Shown: positions 52,586 through 61,553 of the stretch, in pieces
How positions within the stretch are numbered: the first letter of the stretch is position 1
Layout of the letters: each line of letters opens with the position of its first letter
Origin: Anaerolineae bacterium
GTDB lineage: Bacteria; Chloroflexota; Anaerolineae; 4572-78; NAK82
Assembly (NCBI GenBank): GCA_036172345.1
Contig: JASFBB010000180.1
Coordinates: 13,946-77,945 of the forward strand
Length of the DNA stretch: 64,000 nucleotides
Direction: 5' to 3'
Program-made: the position numbers and the translations under genes
The notes under the pieces: generated by a model
What the model was told of the DNA's origin: nothing
Databases searched by the model: none
What the model saw: the letters and a program-made list of their open reading frames with translations, nothing else

Positions 52586-55579
52586 CTAGGGCATCGTCAT
52601 AGGGTGGCTCTCCGGCGGCGACAGCGTTGCCGTCGGCCAGGGCACGGGCGGTTCTTCCGGGGTTGGCGGCAACATCTCGGCCTCGGGCGAGGGCGTAGCG
52701 GCCGCCTCTGGCCATGGCCATATATCATTCTGCGGCAAAGGTGTAGCATTGTCATCCCATTGTGGAGCGCTGGGTGATTGGGGTGGGAACATGGGCACTG
52801 TGGGAATGGGCATCTGTTCCAGTGTGGGTGTTACCCACAAGAGATCAGGTGAAGAGAGCTCGGGAGGCCATGGGAGCGGCGTCGGCAGCTCCTCCCAGGG
52901 CCAAGTGGGGGTGATTTCAGACGGCGGGTTGTTGACCACCACTGTGGAACGCCCTTCATAGCGCCCGCCATCGCGGTCAAAAACCACCACGCGTAACGTA
53001 TAGGGCCCGTTGGGATATAGGCGCGTGTCCCATTCGGTCAGAATACCCCCTTCTACTGATTGCGTCTGCGGTGCACTCAACGGAACAAACGCCTCCGGTG
53101 ACCATCCGACCCCATATTCGACTACGTAGTGGGAGAAGTTGGCGGCCAAGGCCACGCCTTGGATCGCCACAATCCCCTCGACCAGTTCGCCTTCACCCGG
53201 CCAATGGATTGCGGCGATGCCCGATCCTTCGGTCGGCGTGCAGGGGGGTGGCGGCTGCTCGATGCCGTGCTCGAGCGCCCATGCGCGCCCTTCGGGTGGA
53301 TAGACCTGGTAATAACGCTCTTCGATACCCTCTCCAAGCGGGTAATTGTCCGACACGACGCAGTTGGCACGTGTGTCGATGCGCAGACGCCGGTGGATAT
53401 CGTGCTCCGGCCCCAGCGGCAGCTGATCATAAGCGAACAGCTCGCGACGGCGGTGTGGGCAATCTGGACTGGGGATGGTGCCCGAGTCAGCGCAGATTTC
53501 CACCTCCACCACGCCACGCGGGCGGACGAAATCGCGCACCGGGGTGTCGGCCAGCACGCGCTCCATAATGGCATGCCAGATAGGGGCAGCGCCGGCTAAT
53601 CCACTCAGCCCACGCATGGGGCGGTTGTCGGCATTGCCCACCCAGACACCTACCACCACTTCCGGCGTGTACCCGATCGTCCAGCTGTCGCGAAAATCGT
53701 GGGTGGTGCCCGTCTTGGCTGCTGCCGGGCGTGACAAGCGCAAAGGGCTGTTCGCGCCGAACAACGGCGTGCGCGCTTCATTATCGGCCAAAATATGGGT
53801 GATGAGGTAGGCATGCTCCGGACGCAACACCACGTCCCCTTGTGGGGGCTGGTACGCTTCGATCAGGCGTCCCAGTCCATCGGTCACGCGCAATATTGCC
53901 GCGGGAGCTACCCGCCGCCCCCCATTGGCAATTGCCTGATAAGCGCTGGTGAGCTCCAACAAGCTCACCTCACCGCTTCCCAAGGCCAAAGACAAGCCAT
54001 AGTCGTGGCGCGTCAAAGTGGTGATGCCCAGTCGCCTGGCTATCTCCTGTAGGGCGGGCACCCCAACAAACTCCAGTGCTCTGACGGCCGGGATATTCAA
54101 CGAGTTTGCCAACGCTGTGCGCACCAACACAGGTCCACGGAATTTCCCATCGTAGTTTGTGGGGCGATACGTCCCTCCGGCACCATCCGCATATTCTACT
54201 GGCACATCTATGATCAACGTGGCCGGCGTCCAGCCCCGTTCAAAAGCGGCTAGATAGGTGAGCGGTTTGATCGCCGAGCCGGGCTGGCGTGGTCGCAGGG
54301 CCATATTGACCTGTCCAGCCGCGCGTTCGTCGTTAAAGTCTGGGCTGCCTACCAATGCCAGGATCTCGCCTGTCTGGACATCCAACACAACAGCAGCGCC
54401 GTTGGAGACCTCTTTGTCACGCAAAGCTGCCACCTGACGCACCACCTCCTCTTCGACGATCGCTTGGATGCGCGGATCGAGCGTGGTTATCACCTTCAAA
54501 CCGGGCTCGCGATAGAGGGCATCAGCGCCGTAGCGTGATTCCAAGAGTTGCCGTACATAAACGACGAAGTGAGGTGCGCGCAGCTGAACTGGGGGTAGTT
54601 TGTATTCCAGGTATTGCTGATAGGCGGCCAGCGCTTGTGCCGGGGTCACGTACCCTGCTTTTACCATCAGCCCCAAGACAATCTGTTGGCGCTTTTTCGC
54701 CCGTTCGGGATAGACGATCGGGTCATATGTGGCGGGTGCTTGAGGCAGTCCGGCCAATAAAGCGGCTTCTGCCAGGTCCAGATCGGCAGCCGATTTGCCA
54801 AAGTAGGTCTGGGCGGCTGCTTCGATGCCATATGCCAGATTGCCGTAATAAATCTGATTCAGATAGATCTCAAGGATCTTGTCCTTGGGGTAACGGCGCG
54901 CTACCTCGATGGCCAGCACAGCTTCGCGCAATTTGCGTCGCAAAGTCTTCTGAGCACGCTCTTCTGGGCTGAGCAGCACATTGCGCACCAGCTGCTGGGT
55001 GATGGTACTTCCACCGGAGACCACCTCCCCTTCGCTGAGCACGTAATAGAGGGCGCGAATCACCGCGGTGGGATCCACACCCACGTGGGCGTAAAAGAAG
55101 CGGTCTTCGGTGGCGATGGTCGCAGCAATGGCATAACGGGAGATGCGCTGCAACGGCACCCAGGTGCGCCGTCCCCCATGGGGATCTATCAGTTCCCACA
55201 ATAGGTTGCCTTCGCGGTCGTAGATTTGGCTACTGGCAAAGCGAAAAGTGCGCCGTTCCAGCTCTTCAGGCGGGGGCAGCTGGGCTGCCACATAGAAGTA
55301 ACCGATCAACCCGAGCATCAATAACGCGGTGAACAACATCCCCCATCCGAGCACAACCCACACAAATAAGCGCCAGAACTTTCGCCCTGCCGCGGAGGCC
55401 TGGGGAGCACCCGCACGCGCAACGGGATGGTGGGGCGGATGCATCAAAGCAGTGAGCATCTCCTCTGACTGTGACGGCTGTCCCAGACTGGTGAGGGATT
55501 CAGGAGATGCCGTCGGGCTGTTCGGCGAGGTAGGCGGGCGATGCAGCGGTCGTATGGGGTGTGTGGGCTGATCGTTCAT
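52586..55579 (-). CDS. Class A penicillin-binding protein (transglycosylase + transpeptidase) with a long C-terminal extension
   Basis: Transglycosylase ATEDRFFYAHVGVD and GGSTITQQLVRN. Transpeptidase PGSAIKP, SLN and KTGTT. About 300 extra C-terminal residues end in a Trp/Pro-rich tail. Start set at ATG 55579 because the ORF-track start (55621) lies upstream of the infA terminator hairpin, so that ORF would include it. A later Met is also possible. Confidence 0.85.
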   Translation of the reverse strand: MNDQPTHPIRPLHRPPTSPNSPTASPESLTSLGQPSQSEEMLTALMHPPHHPVARAGAPQASAAGRKFWRLFVWVVLGWGMLFTALLMLGLIGYFYVAAQLPPPEELERRTFRFASSQIYDREGNLLWELIDPHGGRRTWVPLQRISRYAIAATIATEDRFFYAHVGVDPTAVIRALYYVLSEGEVVSGGSTITQQLVRNVLLSPEERAQKTLRRKLREAVLAIEVARRYPKDKILEIYLNQIYYGNLAYGIEAAAQTYFGKSAADLDLAEAALLAGLPQAPATYDPIVYPERAKKRQQIVLGLMVKAGYVTPAQALAAYQQYLEYKLPPVQLRAPHFVVYVRQLLESRYGADALYREPGLKVITTLDPRIQAIVEEEVVRQVAALRDKEVSNGAAVVLDVQTGEILALVGSPDFNDERAAGQVNMALRPRQPGSAIKPLTYLAAFERGWTPATLIIDVPVEYADGAGGTYRPTNYDGKFRGPVLVRTALANSLNIPAVRALEFVGVPALQEIARRLGITTLTRHDYGLSLALGSGEVSLLELTSAYQAIANGGRRVAPAAILRVTDGLGRLIEAYQPPQGDVVLRPEHAYLITHILADNEARTPLFGANSPLRLSRPAAAKTGTTHDFRDSWTIGYTPEVVVGVWVGNADNRPMRGLSGLAGAAPIWHAIMERVLADTPVRDFVRPRGVVEVEICADSGTIPSPDCPHRRRELFAYDQLPLGPEHDIHRRLRIDTRANCVVSDNYPLGEGIEERYYQVYPPEGRAWALEHGIEQPPPPCTPTEGSGIAAIHWPGEGELVEGIVAIQGVALAANFSHYVVEYGVGWSPEAFVPLSAPQTQSVEGGILTEWDTRLYPNGPYTLRVVVFDRDGGRYEGRSTVVVNNPPSEITPTWPWEELPTPLPWPPELSSPDLLWVTPTLEQMPIPTVPMFPPQSPSAPQWDDNATPLPQNDIWPWPEAAATPSPEAEMLPPTPEEPPVPWPTATLSPPESHPMTMP

Positions 55580-55587
55580 AGCACAAG

Positions 55588-55616
55588 CAAAAATAAAAAA
55601 AGGACGAGACCGTCCT
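55588..55616 (-). terminator. Intrinsic terminator downstream of infA
   Basis: Minus strand: AGGACG-gtct-CGTCCT (55616-55601) followed by TTTTTTTATTTTT (55600-55588), about 90 nt after the infA stop. Confidence 0.65.
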
Positions 55617-55703
55617 CTCAATAAACGCTTGATGATGAGAACTTAGCATTCGAAAAGGGAAGGCCATCCAATCGTCGGATGACACTCACAAGCTTCCTCT
55701 GCC

Positions 55704-55955
55704 TCAGAATTCCAAATCCTCCTCGGCAGGAGAACGCTTGTAGCGATAGATAATGCGGCCGCGCTCCAGATCATAGGGCGACACCTCAACACGCACCCGG
55801 TCGCCCAGCAAGACGCGGATATAATACTTGCGCATCTTGCCGGAGAGATAGGCCAGCATCTCGTGTCCGTTATCCAGCTGGACGCGAAACGTCGTGTTGG
55901 GCAAGCTTTCCACTACAGTCCCTTCAAGCACCAGTTTGTCCTTGCTATCAGCCAT
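55704..55955 (-). CDS. infA: Translation initiation factor IF-1
   Basis: 83 aa. [64 protein letters not shown] is the canonical S1-like IF-1, plus a short acidic C-terminal tail. Confidence 0.9.
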   Translation of the reverse strand: MADSKDKLVLEGTVVESLPNTTFRVQLDNGHEMLAYLSGKMRKYYIRVLLGDRVRVEVSPYDLERGRIIYRYKRSPAEEDLEF

Positions 55956-56011
55956 TGCACTCCTTTCTCTTGGGATGATCTTTCCATACTAAAACTAAGT
56001 TAGTTTGATAC

Positions 56012-56040
56012 ACTCTAACATTAGTTGCTGATTCTGTCAA
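56012..56040 (-). promoter_or_regulatory. Sigma-70-like promoter candidate for infA
   Basis: Minus strand: TTGACA (56040-56035), 17 nt, TAGAGT (56017-56012), about 55 nt upstream of the ATG. Confidence 0.5.
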
Positions 56041-56230
56041 TTCTTGCGTTGATTTCAGCTCGCTCCATTTTGAGTGAGGCGGACGAGAGGGGTGCAAGGT
56101 GATACATCACCACTGCGCTGCGCAAGATACTGGAAGAGAATACCCCGGATGCTGCTGTGAGGCAACGCTTGCGGCGTTTCTCCAGAGTTCTGCGCCGCAA
56201 CGGAAGTGTCTATGGGTGAACGTGGCGCGT

Positions 56231-56926
56231 TCACTCCGATATGATATTAGCGCCTGCTCGCTCTAACAACGCGATCAAGATGTCAGATAGCTGGGAGGGC
56301 GAGGCCACGCACGCATCCGCGGCGGCAAGTTCCTCTGCCGAGCCGTAGCCGTATAATACTCCGACAGCGACCAGTCCATGCGCGCGGGCCGCCTCGATGT
56401 CCACCGCGCGGTCACCCACTACCACGGCCGGACGCGGTGCCAGACGTTGCAGCACTTCACCAACCATCTGGCACTTGGTATCCGTAGGAGCTTCGCGGCA
56501 ACGGATCATGTCAAAGAAGTTGATGACAGCATGGCTGTGTAGCACTTCGCGGGCATAGCGTGGCGAGGCGTAGGTGCACAAGGCCATCGCCCCGACGACA
56601 GGACGCAGGCGAGTCAATACCTGATGGATGCCATCGTAAAGATGGGCGCTGCGCGAGAGCAGCTCGTGTTCCCGCTGGAGCACAGCCGCCAGGACTTCTT
56701 CTGCCAAGTGCGATGGGCAGAGAGAACGTACCCAGCAGTGGAACTTATCCTCCAGCGGGCCGATATAGTGCACGATCTCCTGCTCGGCCGGGATCGGCAG
56801 GCCATATGCGCTGAGGACTTGTTGCACCGCTGGAACAGTGGCGCAGTCGGAGCGAAACAACGTGCCATCCAGGTCGAAGATGATCAATCCGTGGCGGTGG
56901 TCTCTTGATCGTTCAGGTGCACTCAT
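56231..56926 (-). CDS. HAD-superfamily hydrolase (phosphoglycolate phosphatase-like)
   Basis: 231 aa. LIIFDLDGTLF (DxDGT motif I), VVGDRAVDIEAARAHG (motif IV). Confidence 0.8.
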   Translation of the reverse strand: MSAPERSRDHRHGLIIFDLDGTLFRSDCATVPAVQQVLSAYGLPIPAEQEIVHYIGPLEDKFHCWVRSLCPSHLAEEVLAAVLQREHELLSRSAHLYDGIHQVLTRLRPVVGAMALCTYASPRYAREVLHSHAVINFFDMIRCREAPTDTKCQMVGEVLQRLAPRPAVVVGDRAVDIEAARAHGLVAVGVLYGYGSAEELAAADACVASPSQLSDILIALLERAGANIISE

Positions 56927-56944
56927 AGCCTCGGGTCTTGTGTA

Positions 56945-57451
56945 TCAAAAACGAGCAATTTGGGTGGCCAGGAATTGCGCGATTGCCTCTTCGGCAAAGG
57001 GCCAGGCATACACGAACGTGACATCGGGATGACGCTCACGCGCGCGCTCAATGGCAGCAGGGATTTCCTTCTCGGCATGGTCACCCCCGCGCGTGAGCAT
57101 CGGAGTGAGCACTATGACGCGCTGCGCGCCGTGTTGGACGGCAAGGTCCAATCCCTCCTCGACATCAGGAGCACAAAACTCGTTGAAGGCGACCACCACC
57201 TCCCGGCCGGTCAAACGGCTGAGCTCCGCTCCAATCACTTGAGAAGCGGCGTAGAAAGGATCATTGGCTGCCGTACGCGGCCAGGTGCGTATCCGCCGCT
57301 CCAGCGTATGCAGCTGTTCCTCCAGTTGAGCGCGTTCCTTCGGGGTGGCGCGTTTAAGCTGGGCACGCAAGGAAAAGAACGCGTCCAGTTCATCGCGCGG
57401 AAAGCCACTGGGTAAAGCTCCATGCATAGCAAGCACAATGACGGTCTTCAT
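56945..57451 (-). CDS. CbiX/SirB-like chelatase-fold protein with an atypical insertion
   Basis: 168 aa. VIVLAMHGALP (HG motif) and VIVLTPMLTRGGDHAEKEIPAAIE resemble small CbiX. A ~40-aa helical insertion (FFSLRAQLKRATPKERAQLEEQLHTLERRIRTWPR) follows the first motif. Confidence 0.6.
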   Translation of the reverse strand: MKTVIVLAMHGALPSGFPRDELDAFFSLRAQLKRATPKERAQLEEQLHTLERRIRTWPRTAANDPFYAASQVIGAELSRLTGREVVVAFNEFCAPDVEEGLDLAVQHGAQRVIVLTPMLTRGGDHAEKEIPAAIERARERHPDVTFVYAWPFAEEAIAQFLATQIARF

Positions 57452-57542
57452 AGCAATTATAACCGTTCAGCATAAGTGCAGGAACAGCACCTGCCCTCAA
57501 GACGGGTGCTATTCCCGCTACCGCTCTCCATTCAGTTGGATG

Positions 57543-58013
57543 TTAGATGAAAATGATCTGGGCGCCTTCGCTGATCTCCATAAACTCCATAGCACCCAGT
57601 ACACGCTCCACGCCCGGGAACAGATCGTCCTTGGTCAGCTTCATCATATCCATGGACATCTTGCAACCATAGAGGTGCCCGCCGGCGTCCACGATCGTCT
57701 GCAGGAACTCGCGTACGGGCGGGAAGTCCAGCTTGGCGATTTCCTTCTTCATCATCGAAGTGGCCATTGCAGTCATGCCGGGCAAAATGCTGATTAAATT
57801 GGGCATTCCCATGCTCGGATTACCAAGCGGGGTGATCTTTAAGTGATCCATCTTACGATCCACTATCATGTCGAGGCCCCAGAAGGTAAAAAACATATGG
57901 ACCTCGATGCCCGACATAAGCGCTGCGTTGGCCAATACCATACCCGGATAGGCCATATCGAGGCTGCCCTTAGAGCAGATGATGGCCAATTTGCGTTGTT
58001 TTTCTTCGCTCAT
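57543..58013 (-). CDS. DsrE/DsrF/DsrH-like family sulfur-carrier protein
   Basis: 156 aa. KLAIICSKGSLDMAYPGMVLANAA, MFFTFWGL, GGHLYGCKMSMDMM. The pattern matches the DsrE2/DsrE3-like group as I recall it. Confidence 0.7.
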   Translation of the reverse strand: MSEEKQRKLAIICSKGSLDMAYPGMVLANAALMSGIEVHMFFTFWGLDMIVDRKMDHLKITPLGNPSMGMPNLISILPGMTAMATSMMKKEIAKLDFPPVREFLQTIVDAGGHLYGCKMSMDMMKLTKDDLFPGVERVLGAMEFMEISEGAQIIFI

Positions 58014-58066
58014 TCCCCTCTCTCCTTACTTTAACGCATGCCTTTTCTTTCATCAAATGCAACGGG

Positions 58067-58384
58067 TCAAATGCAGCCGGTCGGCTTGCCCAGGCCGGCG
58101 ATGCGCGCCACCTTCTTGGCCGGTCCCTTGGGAAATAGGGTGTAGAGCGTTTTGGTGTCCACCCCGCTCTCTTTGGTGATGCGGCGCAGTGTGGGGGGCT
58201 CGCCACGCGCCTTGAAGTCGGCGCGACAGAATTCGATCACCTTCCAGTGCAGCTCGGTCAGCTGCTCGATGCCCTCCTCACGGGCAATTTCCTCGGCGAT
58301 CTCCTTGGTCCAATCGTCTGGATTGAGGAGGAATCCCTCGGCATCTACTTCGACCATCTTTCCAGCGATTTCGCGGCTTGGCAT
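58067..58384 (-). CDS. TusE/DsrC-family sulfur-relay protein (single C-terminal Cys)
   Basis: 105 aa. VDAEGFLLNPDDWTKEIAEEIAREEGI..LTELHWKVIEFCRADF...LFPKGPAKKVARIAGLGKPTGCI. The conserved penultimate Cys is present. The second DsrC-type Cys about 11 residues upstream is absent. Confidence 0.85.
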   Translation of the reverse strand: MPSREIAGKMVEVDAEGFLLNPDDWTKEIAEEIAREEGIEQLTELHWKVIEFCRADFKARGEPPTLRRITKESGVDTKTLYTLFPKGPAKKVARIAGLGKPTGCI

Positions 58385-58470
58385 TGTGTCCTCCTTATCG
58401 TGTAAAAAAGTTTTTTAAACATTACATCGAGTGAATGATTCTACCCATAGGTGGTATGAACATTGGCCGT

Positions 58471-59154
58471 TTATGATTCGCCTAATGTGGCAAGCACGTG
58501 GAGCGTGCGGGCCAGACCGCGGCGGGTGCTCGGATGGTTCAGCTGACGCAGCAAACTGAACAGAGAGGCATCCATCGTACTGTCTTCCTGCAGCGCGCTG
58601 AGCGTGCGTTGTAGCAGCTGTTGCGTCTCCGGCCGGGCGAGCTCTTTGAGTGTCATCACAAGCGGCCCGACGTTATGGCGCAGCTGCTCCAGCTCCTCGC
58701 GGCTGAAGGAAGCCACTATCTCGTCAAACGCTTCGAGCAAAGCGCGTATGAAGGCAAAATATCCCTTGCGCTCCATCTCATCGAGACGGTTCATCAGCGT
58801 GATGACCACGTCACGCGTGAGCGGGCTGAAGTCTTGCCAGAAATCCATGGCACTTTCCAGCTGCTCTAACATATGCCCCAAAAGGCAAGTGTCTCGTAGA
58901 AGTCTTTTAAGCAAGCGTAGCACATTTTCGATGCGGGCACATTGTTCCACTTCTTCCAGTTGCTCGGAGAGGAGACGAAATGCCTCTTTGGAAACAATCC
59001 CCAGGTCGGCGACCAGTTCGTCCCACTCTTGTTGACGTTTCCGCTGGCGCAGCGCTTCTTCTGTCAGGAATTCCACCTGGGCCGTCAGCCGGTCGATCTT
59101 GTGTGAGAGCTCGGCGAGTGAGGCCTCGGCGAGGGCTGTGGTCTCTTCTGTCAT
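58471..59154 (-). CDS. Helical protein with a DUF1641-like C-terminus
   Basis: 227 aa, predicted all-helical. The C-terminal SLFSLLRQLNHPSTRRGLARTLHVLATLG resembles the DUF1641 motif that typically accompanies SQR-like flavoproteins. Starts 10 nt after the flavoprotein stop. Confidence 0.55.
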   Translation of the reverse strand: MTEETTALAEASLAELSHKIDRLTAQVEFLTEEALRQRKRQQEWDELVADLGIVSKEAFRLLSEQLEEVEQCARIENVLRLLKRLLRDTCLLGHMLEQLESAMDFWQDFSPLTRDVVITLMNRLDEMERKGYFAFIRALLEAFDEIVASFSREELEQLRHNVGPLVMTLKELARPETQQLLQRTLSALQEDSTMDASLFSLLRQLNHPSTRRGLARTLHVLATLGES

Positions 59155-59164
59155 TATGCTCCTC

Positions 59165-60400
59165 CTATTGCCACTTGCCGGCCATAGACATATGCGTGGT
59201 GATGGGCAGCTCTTTGCCCTTGAGCAACAGGTTCCAGTACATCCAGCGGAACATCATCTTGCCCCAGTGATTGATGGGAGACTCCTGCAACAGGGAGAAG
59301 GGGCCCAGCCCAGGCAGCGGATAACGGCCCGGCAGTGGCTCGACATCATAGTTAAAGTCGATCAGGAAACCCTTGCCGAAACCCGACTCGATGTAACAAT
59401 TGGCGTGCCCATCAAAGCGGGCGGTCATCTCCAAGCCATCGATGTAGCGCAAGAAATTCTCGGTGAAGATTTCCGCCTGGAAATGGGCCACCGAGCCCGC
59501 TTTCGAAGTGGGCACATCAGCGGCGTCACCCAGCGCGAAAATGTTGGGATACTGGGTCGAAAGCAAGGTGTGCTTATCCACCGGCACGTAATTGGTGTCG
59601 TTCCCCAAGCCGGAGCGCGCGATGACGTCATCCCCCATATGGATGGCCACGGAGACGAGCAAGTCATATGCGATCTCTTGCCCATCGTACGAGATAATCT
59701 TATGCGCCTCGGCGTCTACCGATTCGATGGCAAACTCGGGCACTACGTGGATGTTCTTCTCCGCCAGCAGATTGCCCAATAGCTGCGAAGCACGCGGCTT
59801 GGTAAAAGCGCCGGGCAGTGGTGTGGCAAGAGTGAGCTGCACGCGCGAGCGCTTGCCTTGCTCGTGGAAGTACCAATCGGCCAGCAAGAGGAACTCCAGC
59901 GGTGCAACCGGGCACTTGATGGGCATCTCGGAAATGTTGAGCACCAAGTGTCCACCCTCCCAGCTGCACAGATAGCGTGCCAGTGCCACAGCGCCCTCTA
60001 GGGTGTAGAACTCATGGATGGACTTGCGCCATTCCGGCCCGATCAGCCCAGGAACCTCTTCATAGCGCGGTTGGGAGCCGGTCGCGATGACCAGAAAGTC
60101 GTAAGGGAGATAGCGGTGGTCCTTCTCCAGACGCACGCGATTTTGGTCCGGTTCGATGGCCTCAATGCGCGACAAGACCATTTTGACGCCCGGCGGAATA
60201 TAGTCGCGGCGCGGTTTGACCACGTCGTTACGCGTGTAGATGCCGAAGGGGATGAACAAATACCCTGGCTGATAGTGGTGTATCTCGCTCTGATCGACGA
60301 TCGTGATATCCCACTCTTCCGGATCGAGCGCACGCCTCAATTTGTTGACCACAATCGTGCCGGCAGTGCCGGCGCCGAGCACCAAAAGTCTTTTCATCAT
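59165..60400 (-). CDS. Sulfide:quinone oxidoreductase-like FAD-dependent pyridine nucleotide-disulfide oxidoreductase
   Basis: 411 aa. LVLGAGTAGT FAD motif, PIKCPVAPLEF and HANCYIESG candidate redox Cys positions, FALGDAADVPTSKAGSVA. Confidence 0.75.
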   Translation of the reverse strand: MMKRLLVLGAGTAGTIVVNKLRRALDPEEWDITIVDQSEIHHYQPGYLFIPFGIYTRNDVVKPRRDYIPPGVKMVLSRIEAIEPDQNRVRLEKDHRYLPYDFLVIATGSQPRYEEVPGLIGPEWRKSIHEFYTLEGAVALARYLCSWEGGHLVLNISEMPIKCPVAPLEFLLLADWYFHEQGKRSRVQLTLATPLPGAFTKPRASQLLGNLLAEKNIHVVPEFAIESVDAEAHKIISYDGQEIAYDLLVSVAIHMGDDVIARSGLGNDTNYVPVDKHTLLSTQYPNIFALGDAADVPTSKAGSVAHFQAEIFTENFLRYIDGLEMTARFDGHANCYIESGFGKGFLIDFNYDVEPLPGRYPLPGLGPFSLLQESPINHWGKMMFRWMYWNLLLKGKELPITTHMSMAGKWQ

Positions 60401-60520
60401 GTCCTCTCCATAATGTGTTAAATTTCCTGTCTACTACACGACGCCAGCCCCGTTGGACGGCTTGGCAACACAGGTCGTGGATAATATGCCTTGTGCCTCC
60501 CCTTCCCGAAGCATTCGCCA

Positions 60521-61315
60521 TCAACGCGTGAGTTGGGCAATTGCGGCCAGCTTTTCCGTCAGGGTGCGCTGTTCATGCGCGATGTGGGCAATCACGTCGG
60601 CGATGCGCTGGACCAGATGGATCAATTGGGTGCGCTGGGCGGTGTCGAAGTAATACACTTCATGGATGTGGGCGGCTAACAACCCCGCATCCACCCCATG
60701 GCGCGCGGCGAGCGCTTGGATCTCCTCGGGGGGTGGCGGCCAGTCGTCTGGCGCGATGCCGCCCATAATCACCATGCCTTTCAGCTCGTTGCCAATGCGT
60801 ATCAAGCCGCGTACGCACAGCAACCCGAGTGAGGTGGGCAGCAAACGCGCCTCCAATTCGGGCGTTGCGCCAAGTGCCTGCCAGCTGGCGATGCACGTAC
60901 GAATCGCATGCGGCACCTGGCTGACGACGCAGAAGAGTCCGCACGGTCGGCTGACCTCTGTGACAGGGTTGCCTTCCATGTCGGTGACGACCATCATCAC
61001 ACCACGCAGATCTGCAACGAGGTCCTGGATCAGTTGGACACACTGCAGGGGGAGCAGTGCGGCGAGATCATCCCGCACGGATGCACTATCCCCAACTGGG
61101 GGTATCGTGGCAGAGATGTGGGGGACACGTGTAGTGCTACGTTCCCGCAGCCATCGCTCCACCTGATCGCCCGGAAAACGCCACTGTTTTCCCACCTTGA
61201 TGGCAGGCAATTGGCCTGCCTCAGCCATACGGTAGATCGTTGAGCGATCTACCTGAAGCAGGGCTTGCATATCTCGTGCGGTGAGCATTTCGGGCACGGT
61301 CGCGCTGTCCATCAT
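60521..61315 (-). CDS. Transcriptional regulator: excisionase/MerR-type HTH fused to a PocR sensory domain
   Basis: 264 aa. LTARDMQALLQVDRSTIYRMAEAGQLPAIKVGKQWRF (HTH_17-like). Then LIQDLVADLRGVMMVVTDMEGNPVTEVSRPCGLFC and GLLCVRGLIRIGNELKGMVIMGG (PocR-like). Confidence 0.7.
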   Translation of the reverse strand: MMDSATVPEMLTARDMQALLQVDRSTIYRMAEAGQLPAIKVGKQWRFPGDQVERWLRERSTTRVPHISATIPPVGDSASVRDDLAALLPLQCVQLIQDLVADLRGVMMVVTDMEGNPVTEVSRPCGLFCVVSQVPHAIRTCIASWQALGATPELEARLLPTSLGLLCVRGLIRIGNELKGMVIMGGIAPDDWPPPPEEIQALAARHGVDAGLLAAHIHEVYYFDTAQRTQLIHLVQRIADVIAHIAHEQRTLTEKLAAIAQLTR

Positions 61316-61553
61316 GCATTGTATGCAAAATGGTCTTTATTCTGCATATCTTGCTCCTGATGCATATTATACACGTAGTGCATCTTTTGTCAAGAGACGA
61401 GATCGCTCGTAGAGATAGCTCCTCTGCAGTGGAGATCTGGAGGGAGACTTGGAGCTTGGCAGGGCGCGGTTTTCTGAAGCATCACTGCTTTAGCCAGCCT
61501 CCTTCTGAACGTGGTATAATCGTGTCAGGGTCAACAAGACGATCGAACAGCGT

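Noticed and set aside
58405-58425. The A6/T6 palindrome TAAAAAAGTTTTTTA upstream of the TusE/DsrC-like gene as a regulator binding site.
   Set aside because: It is a homopolymer-based palindrome in an AT-rich inter-cistronic spacer next to the RBS. There is no second copy or flanking half-sites, so nothing distinguishes it from an incidental AT tract.
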